This document shows positions 28,196 through 38,345 of a stretch of 64,000 bases of DNA, in pieces. Made by a program: the position numbers and the translations under genes. The stretch is from a virus. The notes under the pieces were generated by a model. That model searched no databases and was not told where the DNA came from. It saw only the letters and a program-made list of their open reading frames with translations. Location of the stretch: the IMG/VR virus record IMGVR_UViG_3300042330_000854, positions 44,077 to 108,076 of that record. One strand, given 5' to 3'. Position 1 is the stretch's first letter. Each line of letters begins with the position of its first letter.

Positions 28196-28224
28196 ATTAT
28201 AGAAAATTTTTTATTTCTTGTCAA
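28196..28224 (-). promoter_or_regulatory. early promoter cassette
   Basis: TTGACA-17-TATAAT with AAAATTTTC. Confidence 0.88.
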
Positions 28225-28230
28225 GTATTT

Positions 28231-28425
28231 TTAAAGAAATTGAAGAATAATTCCTAAAACTAAAAAACTAATAATCCAAAATTTTGCGAGTTTATCTCCT
28301 TGTTCTTTTGAAATGTTTTTAGTTTTTAATTGTTTATAATAAATTTCTCGTTTAAATGTAAACTGATAAGTTAGAAAAGCGGAAAACGCAATCATTAAAA
28401 TACCAATGATGTTAAAAATAATCAT
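28231..28425 (-). CDS. small membrane protein
   Basis: Two hydrophobic segments, AAGGAG SD. Confidence 0.7.
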   Translation of the reverse strand: MIIFNIIGILMIAFSAFLTYQFTFKREIYYKQLKTKNISKEQGDKLAKFWIISFLVLGIILQFL

Positions 28426-28436
28426 AATTAATCTCC

Positions 28437-28784
28437 TTAAATATTTGCTGTATTTGTTTTAATACATTGACGAAGTTGTAGATAAGTATCATAAAACAAT
28501 TTTGCTTGTTCTTGATCAATTGTTTTTTGAATTCCTGTTTCAATTGCGATTTTTTGCATTGAAAATTCAATCCATGATAAACTACAAATTTTTGGAATTT
28601 TAATTTGAGTAATATCATAATCAATATCAGGAATAACCAAATTTACAGCAGATTGTAATTTTTGTGCTGCTTGCTTACTTTCATAAACCGTTGTTTGAGT
28701 TGTAATAGTTGCATTACGATTATCTTGATAATTAACCGAACAACCAGCCAACAAAATCATCGACAAAACAGAAAAAATCTTCAT
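28437..28784 (-). CDS. putative lipoprotein
   Basis: MKIFSVLSMILLAGC lipobox. Confidence 0.75.
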   Translation of the reverse strand: MKIFSVLSMILLAGCSVNYQDNRNATITTQTTVYESKQAAQKLQSAVNLVIPDIDYDITQIKIPKICSLSWIEFSMQKIAIETGIQKTIDQEQAKLFYDTYLQLRQCIKTNTANI

Positions 28785-28816
28785 TTGTTATCTCCTTGTT
28801 AAGTTTCAATAACATT

Positions 28817-28845
28817 ATATTAGAAAATTTTCTGTTTTTTGTCAA
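28817..28845 (-). promoter_or_regulatory. early promoter cassette
   Basis: TTGACA-17-TAATAT with GAAAATTTTC. Confidence 0.85.
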
Positions 28846-28848
28846 TGA

Positions 28849-29178
28849 TTAATTTTGTAAAAACCACAAAACTCTTTCAGTTTCATTTAAACCAATGGCA
28901 TCAAAATAAATATCGGGATTTGGATGATCTTTAATCCAATCATGAACGTTATCGTAATCTTTTCCATTTAAAAAATATTGTTCTATTCCATTTCTCGAAA
29001 TATAAGCAGGGCCAATTAATCGATGTAAAATTCTTCCTTTTTTACACCACAATTTTGTACCACTTGTACTTTCATAAGCAGGCGCATTTTCATCTAAAGA
29101 AGATATGTCTTTCCAAGGAATTTCTCCATACTTATTTGTAGTAAATTTCTTTTTATCAATAAAATAAATATAAGTCAT
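28849..29178 (-). CDS. HRLTGPA-family protein, copy 9 (tail A)
   Basis: HRLIGPA...HPNPDIYFDAIGLNETERVLWFLQN. Confidence 0.9.
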   Translation of the reverse strand: MTYIYFIDKKKFTTNKYGEIPWKDISSLDENAPAYESTSGTKLWCKKGRILHRLIGPAYISRNGIEQYFLNGKDYDNVHDWIKDHPNPDIYFDAIGLNETERVLWFLQN

Positions 29179-29224
29179 TTTGTATTTCTTAAATAAAATT
29201 AAGGGCTTTAACAAGCCCTTAATC

Positions 29225-29461
29225 TTACCGATCTTTTAATTTGTTTTGTTTTTGTGCAAGTTTTTGTCGCGCAATACTTTTTTCTTTTTCTTGGCGGCGA
29301 GATTCACCAGGGCGAACGTAAAATTCTCTACGACGCAATTCTTCCATTAACCCATCATTGCGAATTTTTTTATTTAATACTCGTAATGCTGAACTTACAT
29401 CATTACCAAATACTTGTACACTTAAACCTGACATATTACCCCAATTTTTTACATGTTTCAT
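29225..29461 (-). CDS. rpsU: ribosomal protein bS21
   Basis: VQVFGNDVSSALRVLNKKIRNDGLMEELRRREFYVRPGESRR..K..SIAR. Confidence 0.88.
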   Translation of the reverse strand: MKHVKNWGNMSGLSVQVFGNDVSSALRVLNKKIRNDGLMEELRRREFYVRPGESRRQEKEKSIARQKLAQKQNKLKDR

Positions 29462-29473
29462 ATTTTTCTCTTT

Positions 29474-29872
29474 CTAAGATTTTAAAATTACATCTAAATT
29501 ACATTTTAATGTTACTGGATTATCTGAAGCATAATCTAAACCAACAGAATAATTCAATAATCCATTTTCTACAACAACGATGGTATCTAAAATTTTATCA
29601 CCATTATCTAAAAATTCAATTTGATATTTACTAATATTTCTTAACTCATCAACGATTTCCTTTATTGTTTTAATTTGTGGAACCCTTAACTCAAAAAATA
29701 ATTTAGCTGATCCATTTTCTACAACCAAATTACTTTTTTCAACTTGTTGTGTTAACAACAAGTTATTATTATTTTCTTTATCGTAAAACATAACTCTAAA
29801 ACGCCATTGTGGATTAGGAGCTAATATTCCTGAACCCTGAGTTGGTACTCCAAACTTTTCTAATGTTGCCAT
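29474..29872 (-). CDS. tail-tube-like (gp19-like) short protein
   Basis: MATLEKFGVP..GIL.P...RFRV.F...LTQQV...IEFLD...LDYASDNPVT. Confidence 0.6.
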   Translation of the reverse strand: MATLEKFGVPTQGSGILAPNPQWRFRVMFYDKENNNNLLLTQQVEKSNLVVENGSAKLFFELRVPQIKTIKEIVDELRNISKYQIEFLDNGDKILDTIVVVENGLLNYSVGLDYASDNPVTLKCNLDVILKS

Positions 29873-29938
29873 TTTTATTCCTCTAATTTTTATTATCTTA
29901 ATTGACTAAAATTGTTAATTCAATAATAATTTGAAAAA

Positions 29939-30265
29939 TTAATTTTTTTGTAAATCAAATAAAATTAAATCAACATATTCTAATTCTACAATTATTAAAC
30001 AAAAAACATTAGAACCATTCGGCATACCAACAACGGGTATATAATCTAAGCGCTCATCACAATAATAAATTTCAAACTCTTTATCTTTTAAAACTTTAGA
30101 CAACAATGAAATATTTTTAATTTGTTCTATCCATCGATCATTTATAATCGAAAAATAATCTTGTATATAATATTTTTCGTCAAACTTTTCTTTTGAATAA
30201 ACTCCACGATAACTATCTATTAAATTATCATGTCGGTCTAAATTAACAAGTATGTATGATTTCAT
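29939..30265 (-). CDS. hypothetical protein ending VDLILFDLQKN
   Basis: ORF. Confidence 0.65.
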   Translation of the reverse strand: MKSYILVNLDRHDNLIDSYRGVYSKEKFDEKYYIQDYFSIINDRWIEQIKNISLLSKVLKDKEFEIYYCDERLDYIPVVGMPNGSNVFCLIIVELEYVDLILFDLQKN

Positions 30266-30570
30266 GATTGCAATAATGCCAATGTTTGATCTACTTGACG
30301 ATAAAAATTTAATTTTACTAAAATACTATAACAAAGCGTTCCTCTTATATCACTGTAAAATTTTAATTTTATATTTCTTGTTTTATAAATTTTATATAAA
30401 TGTTCAATTATTAAATCTTCTATTTTATAATAAGAAAAATAATATTTAGTATAAATGGTACTTTTTTGTTTTTCTTTATTTAATTCACGAAAATATTTAC
30501 GAGAAATTTTTTCAATATCATAATGATTGTTCATTATATCGGCTTTAACTAATAAAAATATTGGATACAA
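30262..30570 (-). CDS. hypothetical protein ending QVDQTLALLQS
   Basis: ORF coupled to next. Confidence 0.55.
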   Translation of the reverse strand: MYPIFLLVKADIMNNHYDIEKISRKYFRELNKEKQKSTIYTKYYFSYYKIEDLIIEHLYKIYKTRNIKLKFYSDIRGTLCYSILVKLNFYRQVDQTLALLQS

Positions 30571-30640
30571 ATTCTTATTTCCTTATTCATATATTTTATC
30601 AACTCCAATTTAAATAATAGTATATATTTGGAGTTTTAAA

Positions 30641-33520
30641 ATGGCATTATTATCACCCGGCGTTGAAGTGCAAATTATTGATGAAAGTTTTTCTGGTTCC
30701 GCACCAGCAGGAACAATTCCTTTAATTATCGTAGCAACTCAACAAGACAAAATTATAGCAAATTCTAACACAATTGCTCAAGGAACGCAAACTGTTAATA
30801 ACGATAAAGTTTGGAATATTTCTTCACAACGCGAATTAAGAGAAATTTTTGGTGATCCTGTTTTTTATAATGTGCAAGGTACTCCTATGCATGGTTATGA
30901 ATTAAATGAACAAGGATTGTTTGCTGCTTATTCCGTTTTAGGCTTATCAAATAGTTGTTATGTGTTGCGTGCTGATATTGACACCAAACAATTAGAACCA
31001 AGTGTAGAAGCCCCAAGAGGACCAGCATTGCCAGGAACTTATTGGCTTGATACCTCAAATACTGTTTGGGGATTATTTGTTAGTAATGGTAATTCTGTTC
31101 CTGGTTCAGCTTGGCAACCTCAAACAGTTAAAGTAGTTAATTCAACTGATTATACAGATAACGTTTTTGTTCCATTACCTTCATATGGAAATAATGGCGA
31201 GTATGCAGTTGTAACATTAGATGATTCAAATAGAATTTATCAAAAAATTTCTGGAAATTGGTATCGTTTAGGTTCAACCGCTTGGAAAACCGCAAATCCA
31301 ACAGTTATTACTGGATCAAATACTGTTTCTGCAACTACTCCTGGTGATCAATTAACAATTAATACAGTTAAGGTTACTTTAACTGGTACAACTGTAGCAC
31401 AAGCAATTGTTAACATTAATAATGCTGCAATTGCAAATATTACAGCAAGTGCATTTGGTGCAGCTATTAGAATTACTAATACAGCAGGCGAAACAATTAC
31501 AATTACAGATTTTAACGGTACTCCTTTGAATAATTTAGGATTGGTTCCCCAAACTAAAAAAGGCTTAACCGTAAAATATTCACCACATTTTCAAGTGCCA
31601 ACTGGTTCTGTTGCTGGCGATATTTGGTTTAAAACAACTAATCCAAACTTAGGTGCAAATATAGTTGTTAAATTTATGAATGCTGCTACAAACGCTTGGC
31701 AATTGCTTTCAGCGCCACTTTATGAAAACGATGCTGCTGCCAATGCTTCAACTGCTTTGGGAAGTAATCCTGCAACTGGAACAGTTTATGTTCGTTATAA
31801 TTTAGATGGTACAACAAATAACCCATTAGCAAGTATGCAATTACGTAGATGGAATGGCAACGTTTGGGAAGCTTTAACTTATGAAGCCAATGCTGAAGAA
31901 CCAAGCACAAGACCTGAAGCAAATACTCTTTGGTATAATACTGATTTCAGGGCCGATATTATGGTTGGTGATGGTCAAAATTGGATTTCTTATCGTAGAA
32001 AATTCCCATTAACAAATAAATTTGGGCCAATTATTAGCGGTTCACAACCAATTTTACAAGATGATGGTAATCCCTTAGTTGAAAATGATCTTTGGATTAA
32101 TTCAAGTGATTTAGAAAATTATCCTAAAATTTATCGCTATTCAACTACAACTAGAAAATGGAATTTGATTGATAATACTGATCAAACAACTCCATTTGGT
32201 ATTGTTTTTGCTGATGCTCGTGAAAATTCAGGAACAACTTTTACTGGTATTCCAAATCCTGGCACTTATGCTTATGAAAGTGAAGATAGAGAAGCAATGA
32301 CTTTATCTGATTTCTTAGACCCTGATGCGCCTGATCCAAGAGTTTACCCGGACGGTATGCTTTTATTCAATACTCGTTACTCAACTTACAACGTAAAACG
32401 TTGGTTGCCAACTTGGTTTGAAGCTGGTGGTTATGATGAAAATCAAGACTTTACAAATGATTCTTATACTGTTGGCGATCCACTTTATGAATTCCCACCA
32501 CTTTATTCAAATGGCGGACGTTGGGTTACAGCAAGTGGTAATCGTGAAAACGGTAGTCCTTATATGGGTAGAAAAGCACAACGTAGAATGATTGTTACTG
32601 CAATGCAAGCGGTAGTTACAACCAATGAAAATATTCGTTCAGAATTGGTTTATTATAACTTACTTGCTGCCCCAGGTTATCCAGAATTATTGGATGAATT
32701 ACGTACATTAAACGTAGATCAAAAACAATATTCATTTATCGTTGGCGATACACCTTCACGTTTAAAACCAAATTCAACCTCAATTCAATATTGGGCTAAA
32801 AATCAAGGTAATTCTGCAACAATGGGAGAAGATGGATTAACAATTAGTTCTGAATACATTGGCGTTTATTACCCTTGGGGATTAAGTACAAATACTGATG
32901 GTTTGGAAATTATGATTGCACCAAGCACAATGGGATTACGTACTTTAATTTATAATGATAGTGTAGCTTATCCTTGGTTTGCTCCATTTGGCTATAATCG
33001 CGGTATTGTAACAAACGCGCAAAGTGTTGGTTATTTGAACGGTGAAGGTGAATACACACCAGTTATTCTTAATCAAGGACAACGCGATACTCTTTATGTC
33101 AATAAAATTAATCCAATTGCTTTTGAACCAAATCGTGGATTGATTGTAATGGGTCAAAAAACACTTTATGCTTTGGAAACTTCTGCACTTTCACGTATAA
33201 ATGTTGCTCGTTTAACCAATTATCTTCGTTATTACTTAGAACGTTTAACAAAACCATTCTTAGGTGAACCAAACGATGATCAAACAAGATTGGCTGCAAA
33301 AACCGTAGTTGAACGTTTTTATGTTGGCTTAGTTGGCTTACGCGCATTAGAAGACTTTGCTGTTGTTTGCGATTTAAGTAATAATACTCCTGAAAGACGT
33401 AATAGAAATGAACTATATATCGACTCAGCAATTATACCCGTTAAGTCGATTGAGTTCATATTCCTTCCTGTAAGAATTCGTCCTTCAGGAGATAGTTTAG
33501 AGTTCAATTTTACACAATAA
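30641..33520 (+). CDS. contractile tail sheath protein (gp18-like)
   Basis: LLSPGVEVQIIDES start; YPWFAP.G..RG, LYVNKINPI, GQKTL, SRINVARL, EPND..TR, CD.SNNTP, P.KSIEFI. Confidence 0.96.
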   Translation: MALLSPGVEVQIIDESFSGSAPAGTIPLIIVATQQDKIIANSNTIAQGTQTVNNDKVWNISSQRELREIFGDPVFYNVQGTPMHGYELNEQGLFAAYSVLGLSNSCYVLRADIDTKQLEPSVEAPRGPALPGTYWLDTSNTVWGLFVSNGNSVPGSAWQPQTVKVVNSTDYTDNVFVPLPSYGNNGEYAVVTLDDSNRIYQKISGNWYRLGSTAWKTANPTVITGSNTVSATTPGDQLTINTVKVTLTGTTVAQAIVNINNAAIANITASAFGAAIRITNTAGETITITDFNGTPLNNLGLVPQTKKGLTVKYSPHFQVPTGSVAGDIWFKTTNPNLGANIVVKFMNAATNAWQLLSAPLYENDAAANASTALGSNPATGTVYVRYNLDGTTNNPLASMQLRRWNGNVWEALTYEANAEEPSTRPEANTLWYNTDFRADIMVGDGQNWISYRRKFPLTNKFGPIISGSQPILQDDGNPLVENDLWINSSDLENYPKIYRYSTTTRKWNLIDNTDQTTPFGIVFADARENSGTTFTGIPNPGTYAYESEDREAMTLSDFLDPDAPDPRVYPDGMLLFNTRYSTYNVKRWLPTWFEAGGYDENQDFTNDSYTVGDPLYEFPPLYSNGGRWVTASGNRENGSPYMGRKAQRRMIVTAMQAVVTTNENIRSELVYYNLLAAPGYPELLDELRTLNVDQKQYSFIVGDTPSRLKPNSTSIQYWAKNQGNSATMGEDGLTISSEYIGVYYPWGLSTNTDGLEIMIAPSTMGLRTLIYNDSVAYPWFAPFGYNRGIVTNAQSVGYLNGEGEYTPVILNQGQRDTLYVNKINPIAFEPNRGLIVMGQKTLYALETSALSRINVARLTNYLRYYLERLTKPFLGEPNDDQTRLAAKTVVERFYVGLVGLRALEDFAVVCDLSNNTPERRNRNELYIDSAIIPVKSIEFIFLPVRIRPSGDSLEFNFTQ

Positions 33521-33545
33521 AAAATAATTTAAATTTATTTTAATT

Positions 33546-33575
33546 AAAAAGAGCTTGACTTTCAGGCTCTTTTTT
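33546..33575 (+). terminator. terminator after sheath gene; loop contains TTGACT -35 for next gene
   Basis: AAAAAGAGC-TTGACTTTCAG-GCTCTTTTT. Confidence 0.75.
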
Positions 33576-33612
33576 CTTTATACTATAAGAAATTAATGAA
33601 AGCAAATAAAAA

Positions 33613-34086
33613 ATGATATTAAATGAAAAAATAAATTGTGCAGTATGTGGGAAAGAAATGAGTTTAATAACTAATACTCATTTAAAATCTCATAATATGA
33701 CATTAGATGAATACCGAACAACATATCCAAATGCTCGTTGGCGTAGTGAAAAAATTGAAGAACAACAAAAAATTCATGGTAAAATTTCAAATGAAAAAAG
33801 AATCAATGTTCCTCGTTCAGATGAAACAAAAAAGAAAATTTCTGAAAAATCTAAAGGTCATATTTCACCAACAAAAGGTTTAACTATGACACCAGAACAA
33901 AAAATTAATCATCAAAAAGCAATTGATTTACGAGAACAAAAACGATTAGAAGAAAATAAAAATGGAAATCGTAAAGGTGAAAAACATACTGAAGAAACAA
34001 AAGAAAAAATACGTCAAGCTAATTTAGGAAAAATATTATCAAATGAAACTAAAGAAAAAATGAGTAAAGCAAAAAAGGGAGAATAA
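33613..34086 (+). CDS. Zn-finger + NUMOD3 DNA-binding protein lacking a nuclease domain
   Basis: CAVCGK...THLKSHNMT..EY; RSDETKKKIS, HTEETKEKIR, LSNETKEKMS. Confidence 0.8.
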   Translation: MILNEKINCAVCGKEMSLITNTHLKSHNMTLDEYRTTYPNARWRSEKIEEQQKIHGKISNEKRINVPRSDETKKKISEKSKGHISPTKGLTMTPEQKINHQKAIDLREQKRLEENKNGNRKGEKHTEETKEKIRQANLGKILSNETKEKMSKAKKGE

Positions 34087-34102
34087 CTATTCTCCCTTTT
34101 TT
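34071..34102. terminator. bidirectional terminator containing the NUMOD3 gene stop codon
   Basis: A6-GGGAGAATA-AC-TATTCTCCC-T6. Confidence 0.85.
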
Positions 34103-34120
34103 ATTAATTATAAAAGAAAA

Positions 34121-34609
34121 TTAATCTCCTTTTTCTACTTTACAAATAGCATAATATTCATCAAGTAAACTTGTTTTTGTCGTTCGATACCAAAGAGTTA
34201 ATAAAATATGTTTCTGTTCTTCAAAAACATTGAGGAAAAAACTGTTTATTTTGTCATTATATTCTTCGATTCTTTTATGATGCTCTTTATTAATTATTTT
34301 CTTTTTTGTATTATATTCAAATAATTCTTTTTCAAAATTAGGATTATTATGATAATTTGGTTTAGTTAAACTTGAATAATCAATAACAGGTTTTGGATTA
34401 TTTTTGATATATTCTTTTAATTCAGCATTTGCAATTTGACGTGATTCATCAATAATTTTAGATTTCTCAATTTCTAATTTTTTCTTTTTTTCATTTAAAG
34501 ATAAAAGATATTCATCTGCTTTTGTTTCGTCATCAAAAACTTTTGCAATAGATTCAATATCACCAAATTTAGAATATTTTGATACTACTACATATGAATA
34601 ATTAGGCAT
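34121..34609 (-). CDS. early hypothetical coiled-coil protein
   Basis: AAGGAG SD and promoter. Confidence 0.75.
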   Translation of the reverse strand: MPNYSYVVVSKYSKFGDIESIAKVFDDETKADEYLLSLNEKKKKLEIEKSKIIDESRQIANAELKEYIKNNPKPVIDYSSLTKPNYHNNPNFEKELFEYNTKKKIINKEHHKRIEEYNDKINSFFLNVFEEQKHILLTLWYRTTKTSLLDEYYAICKVEKGD

Positions 34610-34637
34610 TTTATATCTCCTTTAAAATGATAAAATC

Positions 34638-34666
34638 ATAATATCAAAAAATTTTCTATCTGTCAA
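34638..34666 (-). promoter_or_regulatory. early promoter cassette
   Basis: TTGACA-17-TATTAT with GAAAATTTT. Confidence 0.75.
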
Positions 34667-35011
34667 CTAATTTTGTAACAACCATAAACTTTCATCCAAT
34701 TCATTTTTAAACTCAAGCCATAAATGTATGTAATTAATATTATCATTTTTATTATTAATAATATCATAACATAAATTCATATTTAATTTTTTAGTTGCTA
34801 ATATTAATCCGATAATAAACGGCATATTATCAGCTTGAAATTCATAATAATTTAGGATTACGTTTTCAATAAAAATATTATTATTTGTATATTTTTTAAA
34901 ATTATTAATATCATCATCATTAACTTTATATCTATAACTTTCTGATATATCAATTTTAGATAATTTTAATTTATCTAATCTTATTCTATCATTTAATGTA
35001 AATTTTAACAT
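34667..35011 (-). CDS. hypothetical protein ending FKNELDESLWLLQN
   Basis: Coupled ORF. Confidence 0.7.
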   Translation of the reverse strand: MLKFTLNDRIRLDKLKLSKIDISESYRYKVNDDDINNFKKYTNNNIFIENVILNYYEFQADNMPFIIGLILATKKLNMNLCYDIINNKNDNINYIHLWLEFKNELDESLWLLQN

Positions 35012-35661
35012 TTATCGTCTTTCAAGTTATTCTGAGTCCAATTTTTACTCCAATGTTCATTTGTTTGAACATGATTTTTTCTAACATATTTTGCCACATT
35101 TAATTTAAAATTATCATAATGAAAACTATCGACTGTTCTAATTACAAATCCTTCATTGTTAATTGTATCAAAATTTTTAATTAATTGTTGGATAGTTTTT
35201 TCAGAATAAATTCCACGATAAATTGTTTCTACTGAAACGATATTTAATAATTCAAACCATTCTAATGTAGTGTTCCAATCAAGACAAATCTTATTATCCC
35301 AAACTGAAAAACTATAAAAGAAAGATTTCAAATCTTGATAATCGATACTATGTTTTGCAAATAAATTTTCACCACAAATACGAAAATTTTCTGGAATATT
35401 ATGTTTTATTTGAGAATGGTAATTTTTAACCCAATCTCTACTTGGATGATGTTTTGAATCCAAAGAACGTGCATGAAAATAATCATGATAAAAATTTGTA
35501 TTTTCCCCATCCATTTTCAAAGTTATAACAACTTCTTTATTTTCAAAGAAAGAAATATCTGGATGAATTTTATCGTCATCGGTAAATCCTTCGCTTAAAG
35601 GATGATGATAAGTTCTTGGATATTTTATTTTTTCAGAAACCATGATTTTATTTCTTTCCAA
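35005..35661 (-). CDS. ATP-dependent RNA ligase family protein
   Basis: KYPRTYH, motif I KMDGEN, ICGENL, EGFVIR, AKYVR. Confidence 0.9.
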   Translation of the reverse strand: MERNKIMVSEKIKYPRTYHHPLSEGFTDDDKIHPDISFFENKEVVITLKMDGENTNFYHDYFHARSLDSKHHPSRDWVKNYHSQIKHNIPENFRICGENLFAKHSIDYQDLKSFFYSFSVWDNKICLDWNTTLEWFELLNIVSVETIYRGIYSEKTIQQLIKNFDTINNEGFVIRTVDSFHYDNFKLNVAKYVRKNHVQTNEHWSKNWTQNNLKDDKC

Positions 35662-35852
35662 ATTGAAATCTTTTCTTTTTCTTCAATAATTTCAATGTAA
35701 CAATCTACAATATACATTTCAGGAAAAGAATCCATAGTGTTTTTAAAATATTGTAAAAATTGATTTGCCTCTTCTGAACTTTTTTTAATAGCTATTGTGA
35801 TTTCTTTATTATCAAAACGACTACGAACTTTAATAGCATATTTTTTATTCAT
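35625..35852 (-). CDS. small early protein
   Basis: AAGGAG SD. Confidence 0.7.
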   Translation of the reverse strand: MNKKYAIKVRSRFDNKEITIAIKKSSEEANQFLQYFKNTMDSFPEMYIVDCYIEIIEEKEKISIWKEIKSWFLKK

Positions 35853-35880
35853 AATTTTTCTCCTTTAAAATGATAATAAT

Positions 35881-35909
35881 ATATTAGAAAATTTTCTGAT
35901 TTTTGTCAA
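35881..35909 (-). promoter_or_regulatory. early promoter cassette
   Basis: TTGACA-17-TAATAT with GAAAATTTTC. Confidence 0.85.
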
Positions 35910-35912
35910 TGT

Positions 35913-36644
35913 TTATTTCCAAGGATGATTACGTTGATCTGGACTACGAACTGACATATCCCAATTATAATCAAAAAGATTATTTTTTGTATTACCAATT
36001 CGAGAATATTTTTTAGTTGAAAAAGAAACTTTTAAGAAAGTTCTATAATGATCTTCTTCAACAATTGCACAACGATGAACAACATAAGGTGTCATTTTCA
36101 ATAAAGTAAAATTATCATATGTGATTGGCGTTGTTTCATTTGCAATTTCATCAAATGTTTTCAAAGAACCTTGACAAGTTGTATTTTCCAATGGAAAAGG
36201 AACTGCAAAAAATTCTGTAGGAGTTGAAGAATGTGCAATATAAGTATGTGATACTTTTTCATCGATTGTTTTAATAAAATCAGCATGATCTAATGTTACA
36301 TCAATTTGTGCATTTTCTTTTTCAATGTATGCGTCTGAATGAGCACCAGCACGCCGACCAGTTTTTCCTTTTTTAACTTGTTTTTGATCAACCGTAACAT
36401 AAACAAAATGGTCAATTGAAAAACCATAATTATTTTCTTCAAAATTTAAAGCCATAAAAATAGGCTCTAAAAATGGTTGTAAGATATGTGGAATGCGAAG
36501 TCCTTGATCGGGCATGTAAATTGGCATGTCCAAAACTCTAACATCGTTTTCAGTTGAAAAAGGAATAGGTGAAAATTTCCCAATTACTTCGGGAAGATTA
36601 ATTTGATTAAAAAGATTATAATCAAAATTTTCACGAACTTTCAT
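35913..36644 (-). CDS. 2OG-Fe(II) dioxygenase-like (DSBH) protein
   Basis: RRAGAHSD (HxD)...VVHRC (distal H)...RTFLKVS (Arg). Confidence 0.6.
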   Translation of the reverse strand: MKVRENFDYNLFNQINLPEVIGKFSPIPFSTENDVRVLDMPIYMPDQGLRIPHILQPFLEPIFMALNFEENNYGFSIDHFVYVTVDQKQVKKGKTGRRAGAHSDAYIEKENAQIDVTLDHADFIKTIDEKVSHTYIAHSSTPTEFFAVPFPLENTTCQGSLKTFDEIANETTPITYDNFTLLKMTPYVVHRCAIVEEDHYRTFLKVSFSTKKYSRIGNTKNNLFDYNWDMSVRSPDQRNHPWK

Positions 36645-36672
36645 GATTTTCTCCTAACTGATTAATAAAATT

Positions 36673-36701
36673 ATTATAGAAAATTTTCTGATTTTTGTCA
36701 A
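36673..36701 (-). promoter_or_regulatory. early promoter cassette
   Basis: TTGACA-17-TATAAT with GAAAATTTTC. Confidence 0.9.
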
Positions 36702-36704
36702 GGA

Positions 36705-37040
36705 TTAATTTTTCAAATACCACAAGATTTTATCGGTTTCAGTAAAAACACCAATTTTATGAAAATACAAATCGGGATTTGGATGATCTTTAATCCATTC
36801 TTTAATATTGTCATAATGTTTGTCGTTTAACCAAAATCCTTCTTTTCCATTAGACCAAATATATACCGGGCCGGATAATCGATGATAAATCCACCATTTG
36901 TTACACCAATATTTTTCACCTGTTTGTGTATTCTCAAAAGCGGGCGTATCTTCATTTGGCGAAGAAATCCAACGCCAATAAATATCATCAGCATTATCAG
37001 TTGTATATTTCTTACCGTCAACATAATATATAAATTTCAT
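36705..37040 (-). CDS. HRLTGPA-family protein, copy 10 (tail A)
   Basis: HRLSGPV...HPNPDLYFHKIGVFTETDKILWYLKN. Confidence 0.9.
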   Translation of the reverse strand: MKFIYYVDGKKYTTDNADDIYWRWISSPNEDTPAFENTQTGEKYWCNKWWIYHRLSGPVYIWSNGKEGFWLNDKHYDNIKEWIKDHPNPDLYFHKIGVFTETDKILWYLKN

Positions 37041-37252
37041 TTTTGTAATAACCACAAAATATTTTTACCTTCCTTATAACAACTTTTTAATTCTCCTAAA
37101 TTATGAATTTTATTTATTTTTTGCTTTTCTCGATGTACTATTCTTTGATAAAATTTTTCTTTATCAATTTTTATAAAATCTTTATGTTCGCAATAATATT
37201 CTGTTTCTTCTTCGGTTAAATTTCTATAATAGTCAAGATAAAGTTTAATCAT
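37037..37252 (-). CDS. hypothetical protein ending NILWLLQK
   Basis: ATGA overlap with copy 10. Confidence 0.65.
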   Translation of the reverse strand: MIKLYLDYYRNLTEEETEYYCEHKDFIKIDKEKFYQRIVHREKQKINKIHNLGELKSCYKEGKNILWLLQK

Positions 37253-37290
37253 AATTTGTAATTTCTTTTAATATTTGATATACATAATAT

Positions 37291-37869
37291 ATGAAAAATG
37301 TTAGAAATGCAACAAAAAACCAATTAGATTACTATCCAACACCACCATCAGCAACATATGCGTTATGTGAAGATGTTTTAAAAGATTTTGATTTAAAAAA
37401 TTACTCATGTTGGGAACCGGCTTGTGGTGAAAATTATATGAGTGATATTTTAAAAAAATATTTTAAAACTGTAAGAAACTCAGATATTGAAAATTATGGC
37501 AATAATGAAATAATTGATTTTTTAAATCATAAAGAACAAAATTATGATTGGGTTATTACTAATCCACCATATAATTTAAGTTTAGAATTTGCTTTAAAAA
37601 GTTTAGACAGCGTTAATGTTGGTGTTAGTTTTCTTGTAAGAACTGCTTGGTTGGAAAGTAAAACTCGTTATGATAATTTATTTTCAAAACATCCACCTTT
37701 TAGAATTTCACAATTTGTTCAAAGAGTGCAAATGCAGAAAAATACAATTGAAAAAACATCTGGAAGTTCAACAATAGCATATTGTTGGATTACTTGGCTT
37801 AAAAATTATACTGGAAAAACAGAATTTACCTGGATTGAACCACATGTAGAAAAATTTAAAGGAAGATAA
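37291..37869 (+). CDS. DNA amino-methyltransferase (probably N6-adenine)
   Basis: DYYPTP, WEPACG (SAM binding), VITNPPY catalytic motif. Confidence 0.88.
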   Translation: MKNVRNATKNQLDYYPTPPSATYALCEDVLKDFDLKNYSCWEPACGENYMSDILKKYFKTVRNSDIENYGNNEIIDFLNHKEQNYDWVITNPPYNLSLEFALKSLDSVNVGVSFLVRTAWLESKTRYDNLFSKHPPFRISQFVQRVQMQKNTIEKTSGSSTIAYCWITWLKNYTGKTEFTWIEPHVEKFKGR

Positions 37870-37879
37870 TTATCTTCCT

Positions 37880-38344
37880 TTAATCATAATAATTATGTGG
37901 TTGAAATTTTTTCCACTTTAAGCAATATTCAATATCATCTCGATTTATTAGATATAAAACTTTACCATCTTTCTTACCTGTACCAAAGCGATAAATTATA
38001 CTTAGTGATTGAAAACCGTCAACAAAATTATCAATAGCTTCTAAAGCTGAACAAATATTCTTTTCATCAATACCTTCAATGTTAGATTGTTTTTGAGGAT
38101 CACGAGAATTTATTGCAGACCTAATCCAATTGTTTTTCATAGCTGCATATAAAACTTCACCATTATAATCTGTATATTCAGTGATATTATCCATATTAAT
38201 TTTAGACAAATCAACATTAAAAATATCAGGATGATTTAATACATCCTGAGTATGATTTCTACTACCTTCTTCTAATACAAATCTCATTGTTTTTGTTGGC
38301 ACATGATACCAAATTCTAGTTTGATTTCTTGAATTAAATTTCAT
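37880..38344 (-). CDS. hypothetical protein
   Basis: ORF. Confidence 0.7.
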   Translation of the reverse strand: MKFNSRNQTRIWYHVPTKTMRFVLEEGSRNHTQDVLNHPDIFNVDLSKINMDNITEYTDYNGEVLYAAMKNNWIRSAINSRDPQKQSNIEGIDEKNICSALEAIDNFVDGFQSLSIIYRFGTGKKDGKVLYLINRDDIEYCLKWKKFQPHNYYD

Positions 38345-38345
38345 T

